Source: Bifidobacterium longum subsp. longum JCM 1217 (lineage in GTDB: Bacteria; Actinomycetota; Actinomycetes; Actinomycetales; Bifidobacteriaceae). From it: DNA of 32,000 bases. The stretch lies in NCBI RefSeq assembly GCF_000196555.1, contig NC_015067.1, positions 540,001-572,000 on the forward strand, read 5' to 3'. The translations under genes were made by a program, and so were the position numbers. The number at the start of each line of letters is the position of its first letter. The stretch's first letter is position 1. Of this stretch, positions 18,575-26,866 are shown in pieces. The notes under the pieces are model-generated. The model was given only the letters and a program-made list of their open reading frames with translations, did not search any database and was not told the DNA's origin.

Positions 18575-19933
18575 ATGACGAATGTACGTGTGATCAAGCC
18601 CGCACTGGCGGCATTGGTGGCCGCCGCAGCCTGTGTGGGAGGTCTGGCGTTCGGCTCGTCCCAACCTGCCCAGGCAGACACCTATTCCGACCTGATCAAT
18701 GCGCAGAACCAGCACGCCGCGTCGGTACAGCGCGAGGCCGAACTCAAGCAGCAGTTGGCCGGTGTCAACCAGGAACTGGCGGATAAGGTACTTGAGCTGG
18801 ATGATTTGACGAACAACAAGATTGTCGCCGCCCAGAACAAGGTCACGCAGGCCAACGAGGATGCCGCCACCGCTCAGGACGAGGCCGACGCCGCATCCGA
18901 ACGTCTTTCCGCCGCACAGAAAGACAAGGAGACGCTCGAGGAGCAGATCAAGCAGACCGGCAAGGACTACGATGACGCGCACGCCGCCGTGGCCCAGCTG
19001 GCCCGTGACGAGATGCACGGCTCGAATGCTTCCGACGTGATGAGCGTGGTCACGGGTGCCACCAGCACACAGGACTTCGTCAACTCCATGCAGTCCCGGG
19101 ACGCGTTGTCCCGCAACGAGGCGAATGCGGCTTCCTCCGCCGCGAACTCGCTGAGCACGTCGAAGAACCGTGGCGAACGTCTGTCGGCCATCGAAAAGCA
19201 GATCGCTGTGCTCAAGACCCAGGCCGATGAGAAGGCCGCTTCCGCGCAGACCGCCGCCGAAACCGCGCAAAGCGAACGTGACGCTTTGGACAAGCTACGT
19301 CAGGAAGGCGAAGCAAGGCGTAACGAACTGTCTTCCATGATCGACAGTCTGGATTCCCAATCCGCCAAGCAGGCGGCCCAGACCGTACTGATCGCCTCCC
19401 AGGTCGATTCCTACAATCGTCAGTACCAGAAGGAGCAGCAGGACGCCGCCAACCGGGTGGACACCGGTAACCAGGGCGGTACGCCGACCACTCCGGTGAC
19501 TCCTACTCCCACTCCCACACCGACGCCGGCCCCCACCCCGACGGTTCCCAGCGGTGGCGGCAACAGCAGCGGCCAAGGTACATCGAACGGTGATTACGGC
19601 AACGCCTATGCCACCGGCCAGTGCACGTATTGGGCGTATGAACGCCGTAAGCAGATGGGCATTGGCACGCCGTCCTATCTCGGCAATGGCGGTTACTGGT
19701 GGCGCAGCGCCCCCTCGTACGGCTTGCGCGTGGACCACAACCCTCAGGTCGGTGCGGCGCTCTCCTTCTTGCCTGGTCAGGACGGTGCCGATGGTACCTA
19801 TGGCCATGTTGCCGTGGTCGAAGCCGTGTATGGCGACGGCACATTCCAGATTTCTGAAATGAACTGGGGTGGTCCGTGGATCATGCACTACCGCACCTTG
19901 ACCAATTTGGGTCAGTACTGGTTCGTCCACTGA
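18575..19933 (+). CDS. Secreted peptidoglycan hydrolase: signal peptide + long coiled-coil region + Thr/Pro linker + C-terminal CHAP amidase/peptidase domain (PcsB-like architecture)
   Basis: The start MTNVRVIKPALAALVAAAACVGGLAFGSSQPAQA is signal-like. About 300 aa of heptad-like Q/E/A/K-rich sequence follows, then a TPTTPVTPTPTPTPTPAPTPT linker. The CHAP motifs are NAYATGQCTYWAYERR (catalytic Cys) and YGHVAVVE (His). Confidence 0.85.
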   Translation: MTNVRVIKPALAALVAAAACVGGLAFGSSQPAQADTYSDLINAQNQHAASVQREAELKQQLAGVNQELADKVLELDDLTNNKIVAAQNKVTQANEDAATAQDEADAASERLSAAQKDKETLEEQIKQTGKDYDDAHAAVAQLARDEMHGSNASDVMSVVTGATSTQDFVNSMQSRDALSRNEANAASSAANSLSTSKNRGERLSAIEKQIAVLKTQADEKAASAQTAAETAQSERDALDKLRQEGEARRNELSSMIDSLDSQSAKQAAQTVLIASQVDSYNRQYQKEQQDAANRVDTGNQGGTPTTPVTPTPTPTPTPAPTPTVPSGGGNSSGQGTSNGDYGNAYATGQCTYWAYERRKQMGIGTPSYLGNGGYWWRSAPSYGLRVDHNPQVGAALSFLPGQDGADGTYGHVAVVEAVYGDGTFQISEMNWGGPWIMHYRTLTNLGQYWFVH

Positions 19934-19964
19934 TCGGTTGGTTCGGCCGATATATACGGTTGAA

Positions 19965-19992
19965 GGGTTCCTCTTGAAGAGGAACCCTTTTT
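19965..19992 (+). terminator. Rho-independent terminator
   Basis: gggttcctct-tga-agaggaaccc (10-bp stem) followed by ttttt (19988-19992), about 30 nt after the hydrolase stop. Confidence 0.85.
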
Positions 19993-20055
19993 CGTATTCG
20001 AGGCCGGTCCGTGATATCGTCGGATGTTGCGTTGCTACCCACGAAAGGAGGAGAC

Positions 20056-20532
20056 ATGCCCAAGGAAACCGGTGAGAAACTCATCGTACAGAACAAGAAG
20101 GCCCGGCATGACTATGCCATCGAAGACAAGTACGAGGCAGGGCTGGCCCTGACCGGCACCGAGGTCAAGTCGTTGCGCGAAGGCCGCGCATCGCTGTCCG
20201 AGGCGTTCATCTCCATCGACCGCCGCGGCGAGATGTGGCTGGAGGGCGCGAACATCCCCGAATACCTGAACGGCACATGGAACAACCATGCGCCCAAGCG
20301 CAAGCGCAAGCTGCTGCTGCACCGACTGCAGATCACCAAGCTCGCCCGCGGCATCGAGGCCAAGGGATACACGATTGTGCCGCTGAGCCTGTACTTCAAG
20401 GACGGTCGCGTCAAGGCGGAGATCGCACTGGCCCGAGGCAAGAAGGAATTCGACAAACGTCAGGCCCTGCGCGAAGAGCAGGACAAGCGCGAAGCCCTAC
20501 GCGCCATGCGCTACGCCAACATGCGCCACTAA
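20056..20532 (+). CDS. smpB: SsrA-binding protein SmpB
   Basis: [34 protein letters not shown] is the classic SmpB N-terminus. AAGGAGG at 20045-20051 precedes ATG 20056. 158 aa. Confidence 0.93.
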   Translation: MPKETGEKLIVQNKKARHDYAIEDKYEAGLALTGTEVKSLREGRASLSEAFISIDRRGEMWLEGANIPEYLNGTWNNHAPKRKRKLLLHRLQITKLARGIEAKGYTIVPLSLYFKDGRVKAEIALARGKKEFDKRQALREEQDKREALRAMRYANMRH

Positions 20533-20540
20533 TCCCGTCC

Positions 20541-20568
20541 CTTGGCTCCCCTCCGGAGGGGAGCCAAG
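20541..20568. repeat. Perfect 28-nt palindrome cttggctcccctcc|ggaggggagccaag immediately after smpB
   Basis: The 14-nt arms are exact reverse complements. The arms share GGCTCCCCTC / GAGGGGAGCC with the hairpins at 9296-9319 and 31167-31190. No T-run follows. Confidence 0.85.
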
Positions 20569-20694
20569 AGTAGGATGTCCACGTTGTGGGCCATTTCGCC
20601 CACGATTAACGCTTCCGTAGCATTGCACTCCTACGCTCTGGAACCATCTGGGAAACATACCCGCCCAGCTGACTATCCGGAGAGAGGAAATCCA

Positions 20695-21651
20695 ATGTCT
20701 CTAAGCAAGGGAATACAATCCGCTGCGGCCGCCGCCCTGAGCGCGGCCATGCTGATCGCCTTGGCAGCCTGTGGCACGACTGACAGCACCGACACCGCAG
20801 CCAAGAGCGGCGATTCATCCAAGGACTCGTCCAGCACTTCGATTCAAGGCTTCGACACCAGCAGCATCCAGAAGGACGACGAGATAGCCGCACTGCTGCC
20901 TGATTCCGTCACCAGCGACGGCACGCTGACCGTCGGCACCGATACCTCTTACGCTCCGGCCGAATTCCTGGCCGAAGACGGCAAGACCCCGGTCGGCTTC
21001 GACGTCGACCTGTCCAAGGCCATCGCCGCCGTATTCGGCCTGAAGGAAGAAACCATCTCCTCTACCTTCGACTCCATCATTCCGTCCGTGGGCTCCAAGT
21101 ACGACCTTGGCATCTCCTCCTTCACCGTGACCAAAGAGCGCATGCAGGCCGTCGACTTCGTCACCTACTTCAAGGCCGGTTCCACCTACGTGGTGCAGAA
21201 GGGCAACCCGAACAAGGTCGACTCCTCGAACCTGTGCGGCGTGAAGGTGGCCGTGCAGACCGGTACCACCCAGGAAGAGGAAGTCAACAAGGCCAACGAG
21301 CAGTGCAAGGCGGACGGCAAGGATGCCATCGACATCCAGTCCTCCAAGCTGCAGACCGATGTGACCACCGCCGTGGCTTCCGGCAAGGCCTCCATCTTCT
21401 ACGCCGATTCCACGGTGTCCGCCTACGCCATCAAGCAGACCGGCGACACCTTGGAGACGCTCGGTGAAGACGCCGGCGGGGTGCCCGAGGCCGTGGCCAT
21501 CAAGAAGGGCGATACCAAGACCGCCGAAGCCGTGCAGAAGGCCATCCAGAAGCTGATGGACGACGGCACCTACAAGAAGATCCTCGACACTTGGGGTGTT
21601 GGTTCCGGTGCCATCGACAAGGCTGAGATCAACCCGGCCGACGCCGCCTGA
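20695..21651 (+). CDS. Polar amino-acid ABC transporter substrate-binding lipoprotein (paralog 1)
   Basis: Has a signal peptide with lipobox LAAC|G (MSLSKGIQSAAAAALSAAMLIALAACGT). The type-3 SBP body shows TDTSYAPAEF, DVDL and YDLGISSFTVTKER. ATG 20695 is preceded by GGAGAGAGG. Confidence 0.87.
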   Translation: MSLSKGIQSAAAAALSAAMLIALAACGTTDSTDTAAKSGDSSKDSSSTSIQGFDTSSIQKDDEIAALLPDSVTSDGTLTVGTDTSYAPAEFLAEDGKTPVGFDVDLSKAIAAVFGLKEETISSTFDSIIPSVGSKYDLGISSFTVTKERMQAVDFVTYFKAGSTYVVQKGNPNKVDSSNLCGVKVAVQTGTTQEEEVNKANEQCKADGKDAIDIQSSKLQTDVTTAVASGKASIFYADSTVSAYAIKQTGDTLETLGEDAGGVPEAVAIKKGDTKTAEAVQKAIQKLMDDGTYKKILDTWGVGSGAIDKAEINPADAA

Positions 21652-21671
21652 TTGCCAGGTGTCCCTGTTCG

Positions 21672-21715
21672 TTCCCGCTGGCGGGAGCTGTCGCCGAAGG
21701 CGACTGAGGGTGGTC
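21672..21715 (+). repeat. Palindromic (REP-like) element between the two binding-protein genes
   Basis: Reads tcccgc-tg-gcggga, then gtcgcc-gaa-ggcgac, then tgagggtggtc. It is near-identical in architecture and flanks to 27353-27393 and shares its core with 9314-9341. Confidence 0.8.
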
Positions 21716-21770
21716 TGTAGCATAACAGCCACCAGCAGTTGTATTCTTATGCGGCGGCCTCCCAGCGGGA

Positions 21771-21840
21771 GCATTTGTATATGTATACGCTATAATGTAT
21801 ATTTATACCTGATTGTTGATAGTCGCTATAGGGCGGCTCC
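21771..21840 (+). promoter_or_regulatory. AT-rich island with TATAAT (21791-21796) and repeated GTATA/CGCTATA motifs, a candidate promoter/operator for the second binding-protein gene
   Basis: The sequence gcatttgtatatgtatacgctataatgtatatttatacctgattgttgatagtcgctatag stands out against GC-rich surroundings. It ends about 20 nt before the SD (agagagag) and ATG 21862. No good -35 box sits at 17-bp spacing. Confidence 0.3.
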
Positions 21841-21861
21841 ACAGAGAAGAAGAGAGAGATC

Positions 21862-22806
21862 ATGCAGTTCAACAAGCTGAAGACCATTGCGGCCGCCGCC
21901 TTGAGCGTGGCCATGCTGTTCTCCGCCGCGGCTTGCGGCACCTCCGACAAGGCGGGTGACTCCGGTTCCGATAAGGGCGGTTCCTCCAAGTCGGTCACCA
22001 TCACCAGCTACGACGTGAGCTCCGTGAAGAAGGACGATGCAATCGCCGCACTGCTGCCTGAATCCGTGACCAAGGACGGCAAGCTCACCATCGGCACCAA
22101 CCCCTCCTACGCCCCGGCCGAATTCCTCGACGCCGACGGCAAGACCCAGATCGGCTACGACATGGATCTTGCCCGCGCCATGGGCAACATCTTCGGTCTC
22201 GATACCGAAATCGTCTCCTCCAACTTCGATACGATCATTCCGGCCATCGGCTCCAAGTACGATCTGGGCATCGCTGCCTTCACCATCACCAAGGAGCGCA
22301 TGGAATCCGTCGACTTCGTCTCCTACTTCACCGCAGGCATGGGCTATGCAGTGGCCGCAGGCAACCCCAAGAACGTCGATGAGAACGACCTGTGCGGTCT
22401 GAACGTTGCCGTCGAGACCGGCACCGTCGAGGAAGAGGCCATCAACAAGACCGCCAAGCAGTGCAAGGCGGACGGCAAGAAAGACATCACCATCCAGTCC
22501 TCCAAGCAGCAGACCGACGCCACCACCGCTGTGGTGACCGGCAAGGCCGACGTCTTCTTCGCCGATTCCCCGGTTGTCGGCTACGCCATTGCCCAGACCG
22601 ATGGTCAGCTGGAACAGCTCGGCAAGGACTTCGATGAAGTGCCGAACGCCATCGCCATCAAAAAGGGCGATTCCCAGACCACCGAAGCCGTGCAGAAGGC
22701 CATGCAAAAGCTTATGGACGACGGCACCTACACCAAGATCCTCCAGCACTGGGGCGTCGAATCCGGCGCACTGGACAAGGCCGAAATCAACCCGGCCGTC
22801 GAATAG
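21862..22806 (+). CDS. Polar amino-acid ABC transporter substrate-binding lipoprotein (paralog 2)
   Basis: Lipobox SAAAC|G (MQFNKLKTIAAAALSVAMLFSAAACGT). It is colinear with paralog 1 over its whole length (SYAPAEFL, YDLGI..FT.TKERM, QKLMDDGTY.KIL..WGV.SGA.DKAEINPA). Confidence 0.87.
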   Translation: MQFNKLKTIAAAALSVAMLFSAAACGTSDKAGDSGSDKGGSSKSVTITSYDVSSVKKDDAIAALLPESVTKDGKLTIGTNPSYAPAEFLDADGKTQIGYDMDLARAMGNIFGLDTEIVSSNFDTIIPAIGSKYDLGIAAFTITKERMESVDFVSYFTAGMGYAVAAGNPKNVDENDLCGLNVAVETGTVEEEAINKTAKQCKADGKKDITIQSSKQQTDATTAVVTGKADVFFADSPVVGYAIAQTDGQLEQLGKDFDEVPNAIAIKKGDSQTTEAVQKAMQKLMDDGTYTKILQHWGVESGALDKAEINPAVE

Positions 22807-22828
22807 CCGACAAGCTGTCGCGAAAATT

Positions 22829-22868
22829 CGAATGGGGCGCACTGTTTGTAACACAGTCGCCCCATTCG
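22829..22868 (+). promoter_or_regulatory. Strong intra-operon hairpin between the binding-protein and permease genes
   Basis: cgaatggggcg(c)actgt-ttgtaac-acagtcgccccattcg forms a stem of about 16 bp with one bulged C. No T-run follows. Confidence 0.5.
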
Positions 22869-22936
22869 TACACTAAGGTTCAACGCTAGTTGCAACTTGC
22901 AGTTCAGGCTGCCCAACACGTCCAAGGAACCAAATT

Positions 22937-23920
22937 ATGGCGAAGAAAGAAGTCGACGGTGAGGGAGTGAACATCCCCAACCGCATCAAGGCGCTGCCGG
23001 TCAAGCGCCCCGGCCCGATTGTGGCCGCAGTGATCGTGGTGCTGCTCGCCGCGATGCTCATTCAAGGCTTGATTACCAATCCGCGACTGGATTGGCCCAC
23101 CGTCTGGAAGTACCTGTTCAACGAGAACGTGCTTGAAGGCATTCGCTATACCTTGGAGCTCACCGTGATCTCCATGGTCGTGGCGATCATCCTGTCGGTG
23201 ATTCTCGCCATCATGCGCAAATCCATCAATCCGGTGCTGCGCGGCGTCAGCTGGTTCTTCATCTGGTTCTTCCGCGGCACGCCTGTGTACACGCAGCTCA
23301 TTTTCTGGGGTCTGTTCGCCGTGCTGATTCCCAAGATTAGCCTCGGCATTCCGTTCACCTCGGTGGAGTTCTGGAGCATCGACTCCAACGTGGTGGTCAC
23401 CGCATTCAACGCCGCATGGATTGGTTTGGCTCTGAACGAGGCCGCCTACCTGTCCGAAATCGTGCGTGCCGGCCTTGAAGCCGTGGACCCCGGCCAGACC
23501 GAGGCGGCCAAGGCATTGGGCATGAACCGCACGCTCATCATGCGCCGCATCGTGCTGCCGCAGGCTATGCGCATCATCATCCCGCCCACCGGCAACGAGA
23601 CCATCGGCATGCTGAAGACCACCTCGCTGGTCACCGCCGTGCCGTTCACCCTCGAACTGCAGTTCGCCACCAACGCCATCGCCAACCGTATCTACAAGCC
23701 GATTCCGCTGCTTCTCGTGGCCTGCTTCTGGTACCTGCTGATCACCTCCATTCTGATGGTTGTGCAGTCCCGCCTTGAGGCGCACTTCGGCAAGGGCTTC
23801 AACGCCCGCCCGGTGGGCACCAAGGGCAAGCAGCCGCCATTGCCGGGTAAGACCGACGGTGAACCGAAGGATGACGTGGACAAGCTCAACCAGACCACAT
23901 TTGTCGGATTGAATGCATAA
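22937..23920 (+). CDS. Polar amino-acid ABC transporter permease
   Basis: Multi-pass membrane protein with the EAA-type motif TEAAKALGMNRTLIMRRIVLPQA. Confidence 0.9.
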   Translation: MAKKEVDGEGVNIPNRIKALPVKRPGPIVAAVIVVLLAAMLIQGLITNPRLDWPTVWKYLFNENVLEGIRYTLELTVISMVVAIILSVILAIMRKSINPVLRGVSWFFIWFFRGTPVYTQLIFWGLFAVLIPKISLGIPFTSVEFWSIDSNVVVTAFNAAWIGLALNEAAYLSEIVRAGLEAVDPGQTEAAKALGMNRTLIMRRIVLPQAMRIIIPPTGNETIGMLKTTSLVTAVPFTLELQFATNAIANRIYKPIPLLLVACFWYLLITSILMVVQSRLEAHFGKGFNARPVGTKGKQPPLPGKTDGEPKDDVDKLNQTTFVGLNA

Positions 23921-23935
23921 GGCGGGAGCGCGATT

Positions 23936-24766
23936 ATGACTACGAATGACATCACCAGTGTTGCCCCGGTCGTGCGCAAGGCGGCTGACGGTTCCGTGAT
24001 TCCTGCTGTCAAGGCCGTGCAGGTGCACAAGGCGTTTGGGCCGCTGCATGTGCTCAAGGGCATCGATCTAACCGTTATGCCCGGTACTGTGACCGTGATT
24101 CTGGGGCCCTCCGGTTCCGGCAAGTCCACGTTCCTGCGTCTGATCAACCAGCTGGAAACCCTGACCGGCGGTTCCATCGAGGTGGACGGCGAACTCATCG
24201 GCTACAAGCACGTGACCAAAAACGGCCAGGACATGCTGCAGACCCTGGACGATAAGGAGATCGCCGCACAGCGTTCTCGCCTCGGCATGGTGTTCCAGCG
24301 CTTCAACCTGTTCCCGCACATGACCGCGCTGGAAAACGTGATGGAAGCCCCGATTCACGTGCAGCACCAGTCCAAGAAAGCCGCCCGTGACCTGGCCGTG
24401 GCCGAGCTTCAGCGCGTCGGTCTGGGCGATCGCATGGACTATTACCCCTCCCAGCTGTCAGGTGGTCAGCAGCAGCGTGTGGCCATTGCCCGTGCTCTGG
24501 CCATGAAGCCGGAGATCATGCTTTTCGATGAGCCGACCTCCGCCCTTGACCCCGAACTGGTGGGTGAAGTGCTCAACGTCATGCGTTCCTTGGCCAAGGA
24601 AGGCATGACCATGGTGTGCGTGACCCACGAAATCGGCTTCGCCCGCGAAGTCGCCGACCAGATCGTGTTCATGGACGGCGGCGTAGTCGTAGAAAAGGGC
24701 GGCCCCGACATCATCGACCACCCCACCGAGCCTAGGTTTAAGGACTTCTTGCAGCACGTGCTGTAG
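23936..24766 (+). CDS. Polar amino-acid ABC transporter ATP-binding protein
   Basis: Has Walker [10 protein letters not shown], the Q-loop, signature [15 protein letters not shown], Walker [13 protein letters not shown] and the H-loop THE. Confidence 0.92.
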   Translation: MTTNDITSVAPVVRKAADGSVIPAVKAVQVHKAFGPLHVLKGIDLTVMPGTVTVILGPSGSGKSTFLRLINQLETLTGGSIEVDGELIGYKHVTKNGQDMLQTLDDKEIAAQRSRLGMVFQRFNLFPHMTALENVMEAPIHVQHQSKKAARDLAVAELQRVGLGDRMDYYPSQLSGGQQQRVAIARALAMKPEIMLFDEPTSALDPELVGEVLNVMRSLAKEGMTMVCVTHEIGFAREVADQIVFMDGGVVVEKGGPDIIDHPTEPRFKDFLQHVL

Positions 24767-24787
24767 GAAGGCTCGTTGTTGCAGCTC

Positions 24788-24825
24788 CAAAAACGTACGC
24801 TGATGAACTCAGCGTACGTTTTTTT
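24788..24825 (+). terminator. Rho-independent terminator (A-run / stem / T-run, potentially bidirectional)
   Basis: acgtacgctga (24793-24803), tgaac loop, then tcagcgtacgt (24809-24819). It is preceded by aaaaa and followed by a T-run to 24825. Confidence 0.85.
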
Positions 24826-24858
24826 GCGACGCCTAATCGCACCCCCATCTCGTGAAGA

Positions 24859-24891
24859 ACGTACGCTGAGTGGTAGTCAGTGTACGGTTTT
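24859..24891 (+). terminator. Second, diverged copy of the same terminator hairpin
   Basis: acgtacgctga (24859-24869), gtggtag loop, then tcagtgtacgg (24877-24887), then tttt. The stem is imperfect. Confidence 0.45.
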
Positions 24892-24973
24892 CACGAAGGG
24901 GCATGTTCCAATCCTGCAAAGGCGGCGGGTTGGATTCGCTTTGCGCAATAATCGTCCGCTAGGCTGGTGAGCC

Positions 24974-26866
24974 ATGTGTGGAATCGTTGGATACGCGGGA
25001 AATATTGAAACGGCATGCGGCAAGCCTTTGGAGGTCTGCCTGCAAGGCCTGGAACGTCTGGAATACCGAGGCTATGACTCGGCCGGTGTGGCGCTGACCG
25101 CGCCCGGCATGGATAAGGTGGTCGTGCGCAAGAAGGCCGGCCGTTTGAAGAACCTGGTCGAAGACATCGAGCGTAAGCCGATGCCGCTTGCCACGGTGGG
25201 CATCGGCCACACGCGCTGGGCCACCAATGGCGAGCCGAGCGACGTGAACGCCCACCCGCACACCAGCATGGACGGCAAGGTGGCCATCATCCATAACGGC
25301 ATCATCGAAAACGCCTCTCAGCTGCGTCTCGACCTGCAAGCCGAAGGCTACCGATTCGCCTCTGCCACCGACACTGAGGTGGCCGCTAAGCTGCTCGGCA
25401 AGATCGTGGACAAGATTATCGCGGACGAAGGCAAGCCAGACCTGTTCAAGGCTGTGCGCCGCATGGCCCGCATGCTTGAAGGCGCGTTCACCATTCTGGC
25501 CACCGACTGCCGCCAGCCGGACATCGTGGTCGGAGCCCGCCATGATTCGCCGCTGGTCGTGGGCCTTGGCGAGGGGGAGAACTTCCTCGGTTCCGACGTC
25601 GCCGCATTCGTGGCCTACACCAAGCGCGCCATGGAAGTCGACCAGGATCAGGCCGTATGCGTGTCCGCCGACAAGGTCATCGTCACCGATTTCGACGGCA
25701 ACGTGGTCGAAAACCCGAAGACCTACACCGTGGATTGGGATGCTTCGGCCGCCGAAAAGGGCGGCTGGGATTCCTTTATGGACAAGGAGATCCACGAAGA
25801 CCCTGCCGCAGTGCAGCGCACCCTGCTTGGCCGCTTCGATGCGAATGGCGGCATCACCCTTGATGAAGTGCGTATCGACGAACACGACTTCAAGGCCATC
25901 GACAAAATCATCGTCGTGGCCTGCGGCACCGCCAGCTACGCCGGCCAGGTAGCCAAGTACGCCATCGAACACTGGGTGCGTATCCCCGTGGAAATCGAAC
26001 TCGCGCACGAATTCCGTTACCGTGACCCGATTCTGACCCCGCGTACGCTCGTGGTGGCCATTTCTCAGTCCGGCGAAACCATGGATACTCTGATGGCCCT
26101 GCGCCACGCGCGCGAACAGGGGTCCAAGGTGCTGGCCATCTGCAACACGCAGGGTGCCTCCATTCCGCGCGAATCCGACGCCGTGCTCTACACACACGCC
26201 GGCCCGGAAGTTGCCGTGGCATCCACCAAGGCGTTTGTGGCGCAGATCACCGCCGCCTACCTGCTGGGCCTGTATCTGGCGCAGGTCAAGGGCGCGATGT
26301 TCCGCGATGAGATTCATCAGGTGCTTGACTCCCTGAAAGACATGCCGCGCAAGATTCAGTGGGTGCTCGACACCCAGCCCAAGACCATCCAGGCGGCCGC
26401 CGAGCGCATGGTGAACGCCAACTCCTTCTTGTTCCTCGGCCGTCACGTGGGCTACCCGGTGGCGCTTGAGGGTGCACTGAAGCTCAAGGAGATCGCCTAC
26501 ACGTTCACCGAGGGCTTCGCGGCCGGCGAGCTCAAGCATGGACCGATCGCGCTGGTGGACGAGGGTGAGCCCGTGGTGTTCATCGTGCCGCCGCAGCGCG
26601 GCCGCAATGTGTTGCACGCCAAGGTGATCTCTGGTATCGAGGAGGTCAAGGCTCGTGGCGCGTACATCATCGCCGTGGCCGAGCAGGGCGACCCGGATGT
26701 GGAACGGTACGCTGACGTGGTGTTCTGGCGCCCCGCCTGCCCAACGCTGATGAGCCCGCTGGTTGACGTGGTGCCGCTGCAGCTGTTCGCCATGGACATG
26801 GCAAAGCTCAAGGGCTACGACGTGGACAAGCCCCGCAACCTCGCCAAGTCCGTGACCGTTGAGTAA
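24974..26866 (+). CDS. glmS: Glutamine--fructose-6-phosphate aminotransferase (isomerising)
   Basis: The start MCGIVGY carries the N-terminal nucleophile Cys. Two SIS domains are present and the C-terminus ends ...PRNLAKSVTVE. 630 aa. Confidence 0.95.
   Translation: MCGIVGYAGNIETACGKPLEVCLQGLERLEYRGYDSAGVALTAPGMDKVVVRKKAGRLKNLVEDIERKPMPLATVGIGHTRWATNGEPSDVNAHPHTSMDGKVAIIHNGIIENASQLRLDLQAEGYRFASATDTEVAAKLLGKIVDKIIADEGKPDLFKAVRRMARMLEGAFTILATDCRQPDIVVGARHDSPLVVGLGEGENFLGSDVAAFVAYTKRAMEVDQDQAVCVSADKVIVTDFDGNVVENPKTYTVDWDASAAEKGGWDSFMDKEIHEDPAAVQRTLLGRFDANGGITLDEVRIDEHDFKAIDKIIVVACGTASYAGQVAKYAIEHWVRIPVEIELAHEFRYRDPILTPRTLVVAISQSGETMDTLMALRHAREQGSKVLAICNTQGASIPRESDAVLYTHAGPEVAVASTKAFVAQITAAYLLGLYLAQVKGAMFRDEIHQVLDSLKDMPRKIQWVLDTQPKTIQAAAERMVNANSFLFLGRHVGYPVALEGALKLKEIAYTFTEGFAAGELKHGPIALVDEGEPVVFIVPPQRGRNVLHAKVISGIEEVKARGAYIIAVAEQGDPDVERYADVVFWRPACPTLMSPLVDVVPLQLFAMDMAKLKGYDVDKPRNLAKSVTVE

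Noticed and set aside
20533-20694. Looked for tmRNA (ssrA) next to smpB.
   Set aside because: The gap is only about 160 nt, against several hundred for tmRNA. It lacks a tRNA-like acceptor/T-arm (no GGTTCGA-type T-loop) and any tag-reading-frame features.
22888-22897. 10-bp palindrome agttgcaact and the similar cgtttgcaacg (28977-28987), considered as a shared regulator site linking the amino-acid and sugar loci.
   Set aside because: Only the 6-bp core ttgcaa is shared. That is too short to argue for a common motif without genome-wide statistics.
24826-24973. glmS ribozyme upstream of glmS.
   Set aside because: The 148-nt leader is largely taken up by a terminator-like hairpin, and I recognise no conserved glmS ribozyme core. 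From memory, this ribozyme is mainly a Firmicutes feature.
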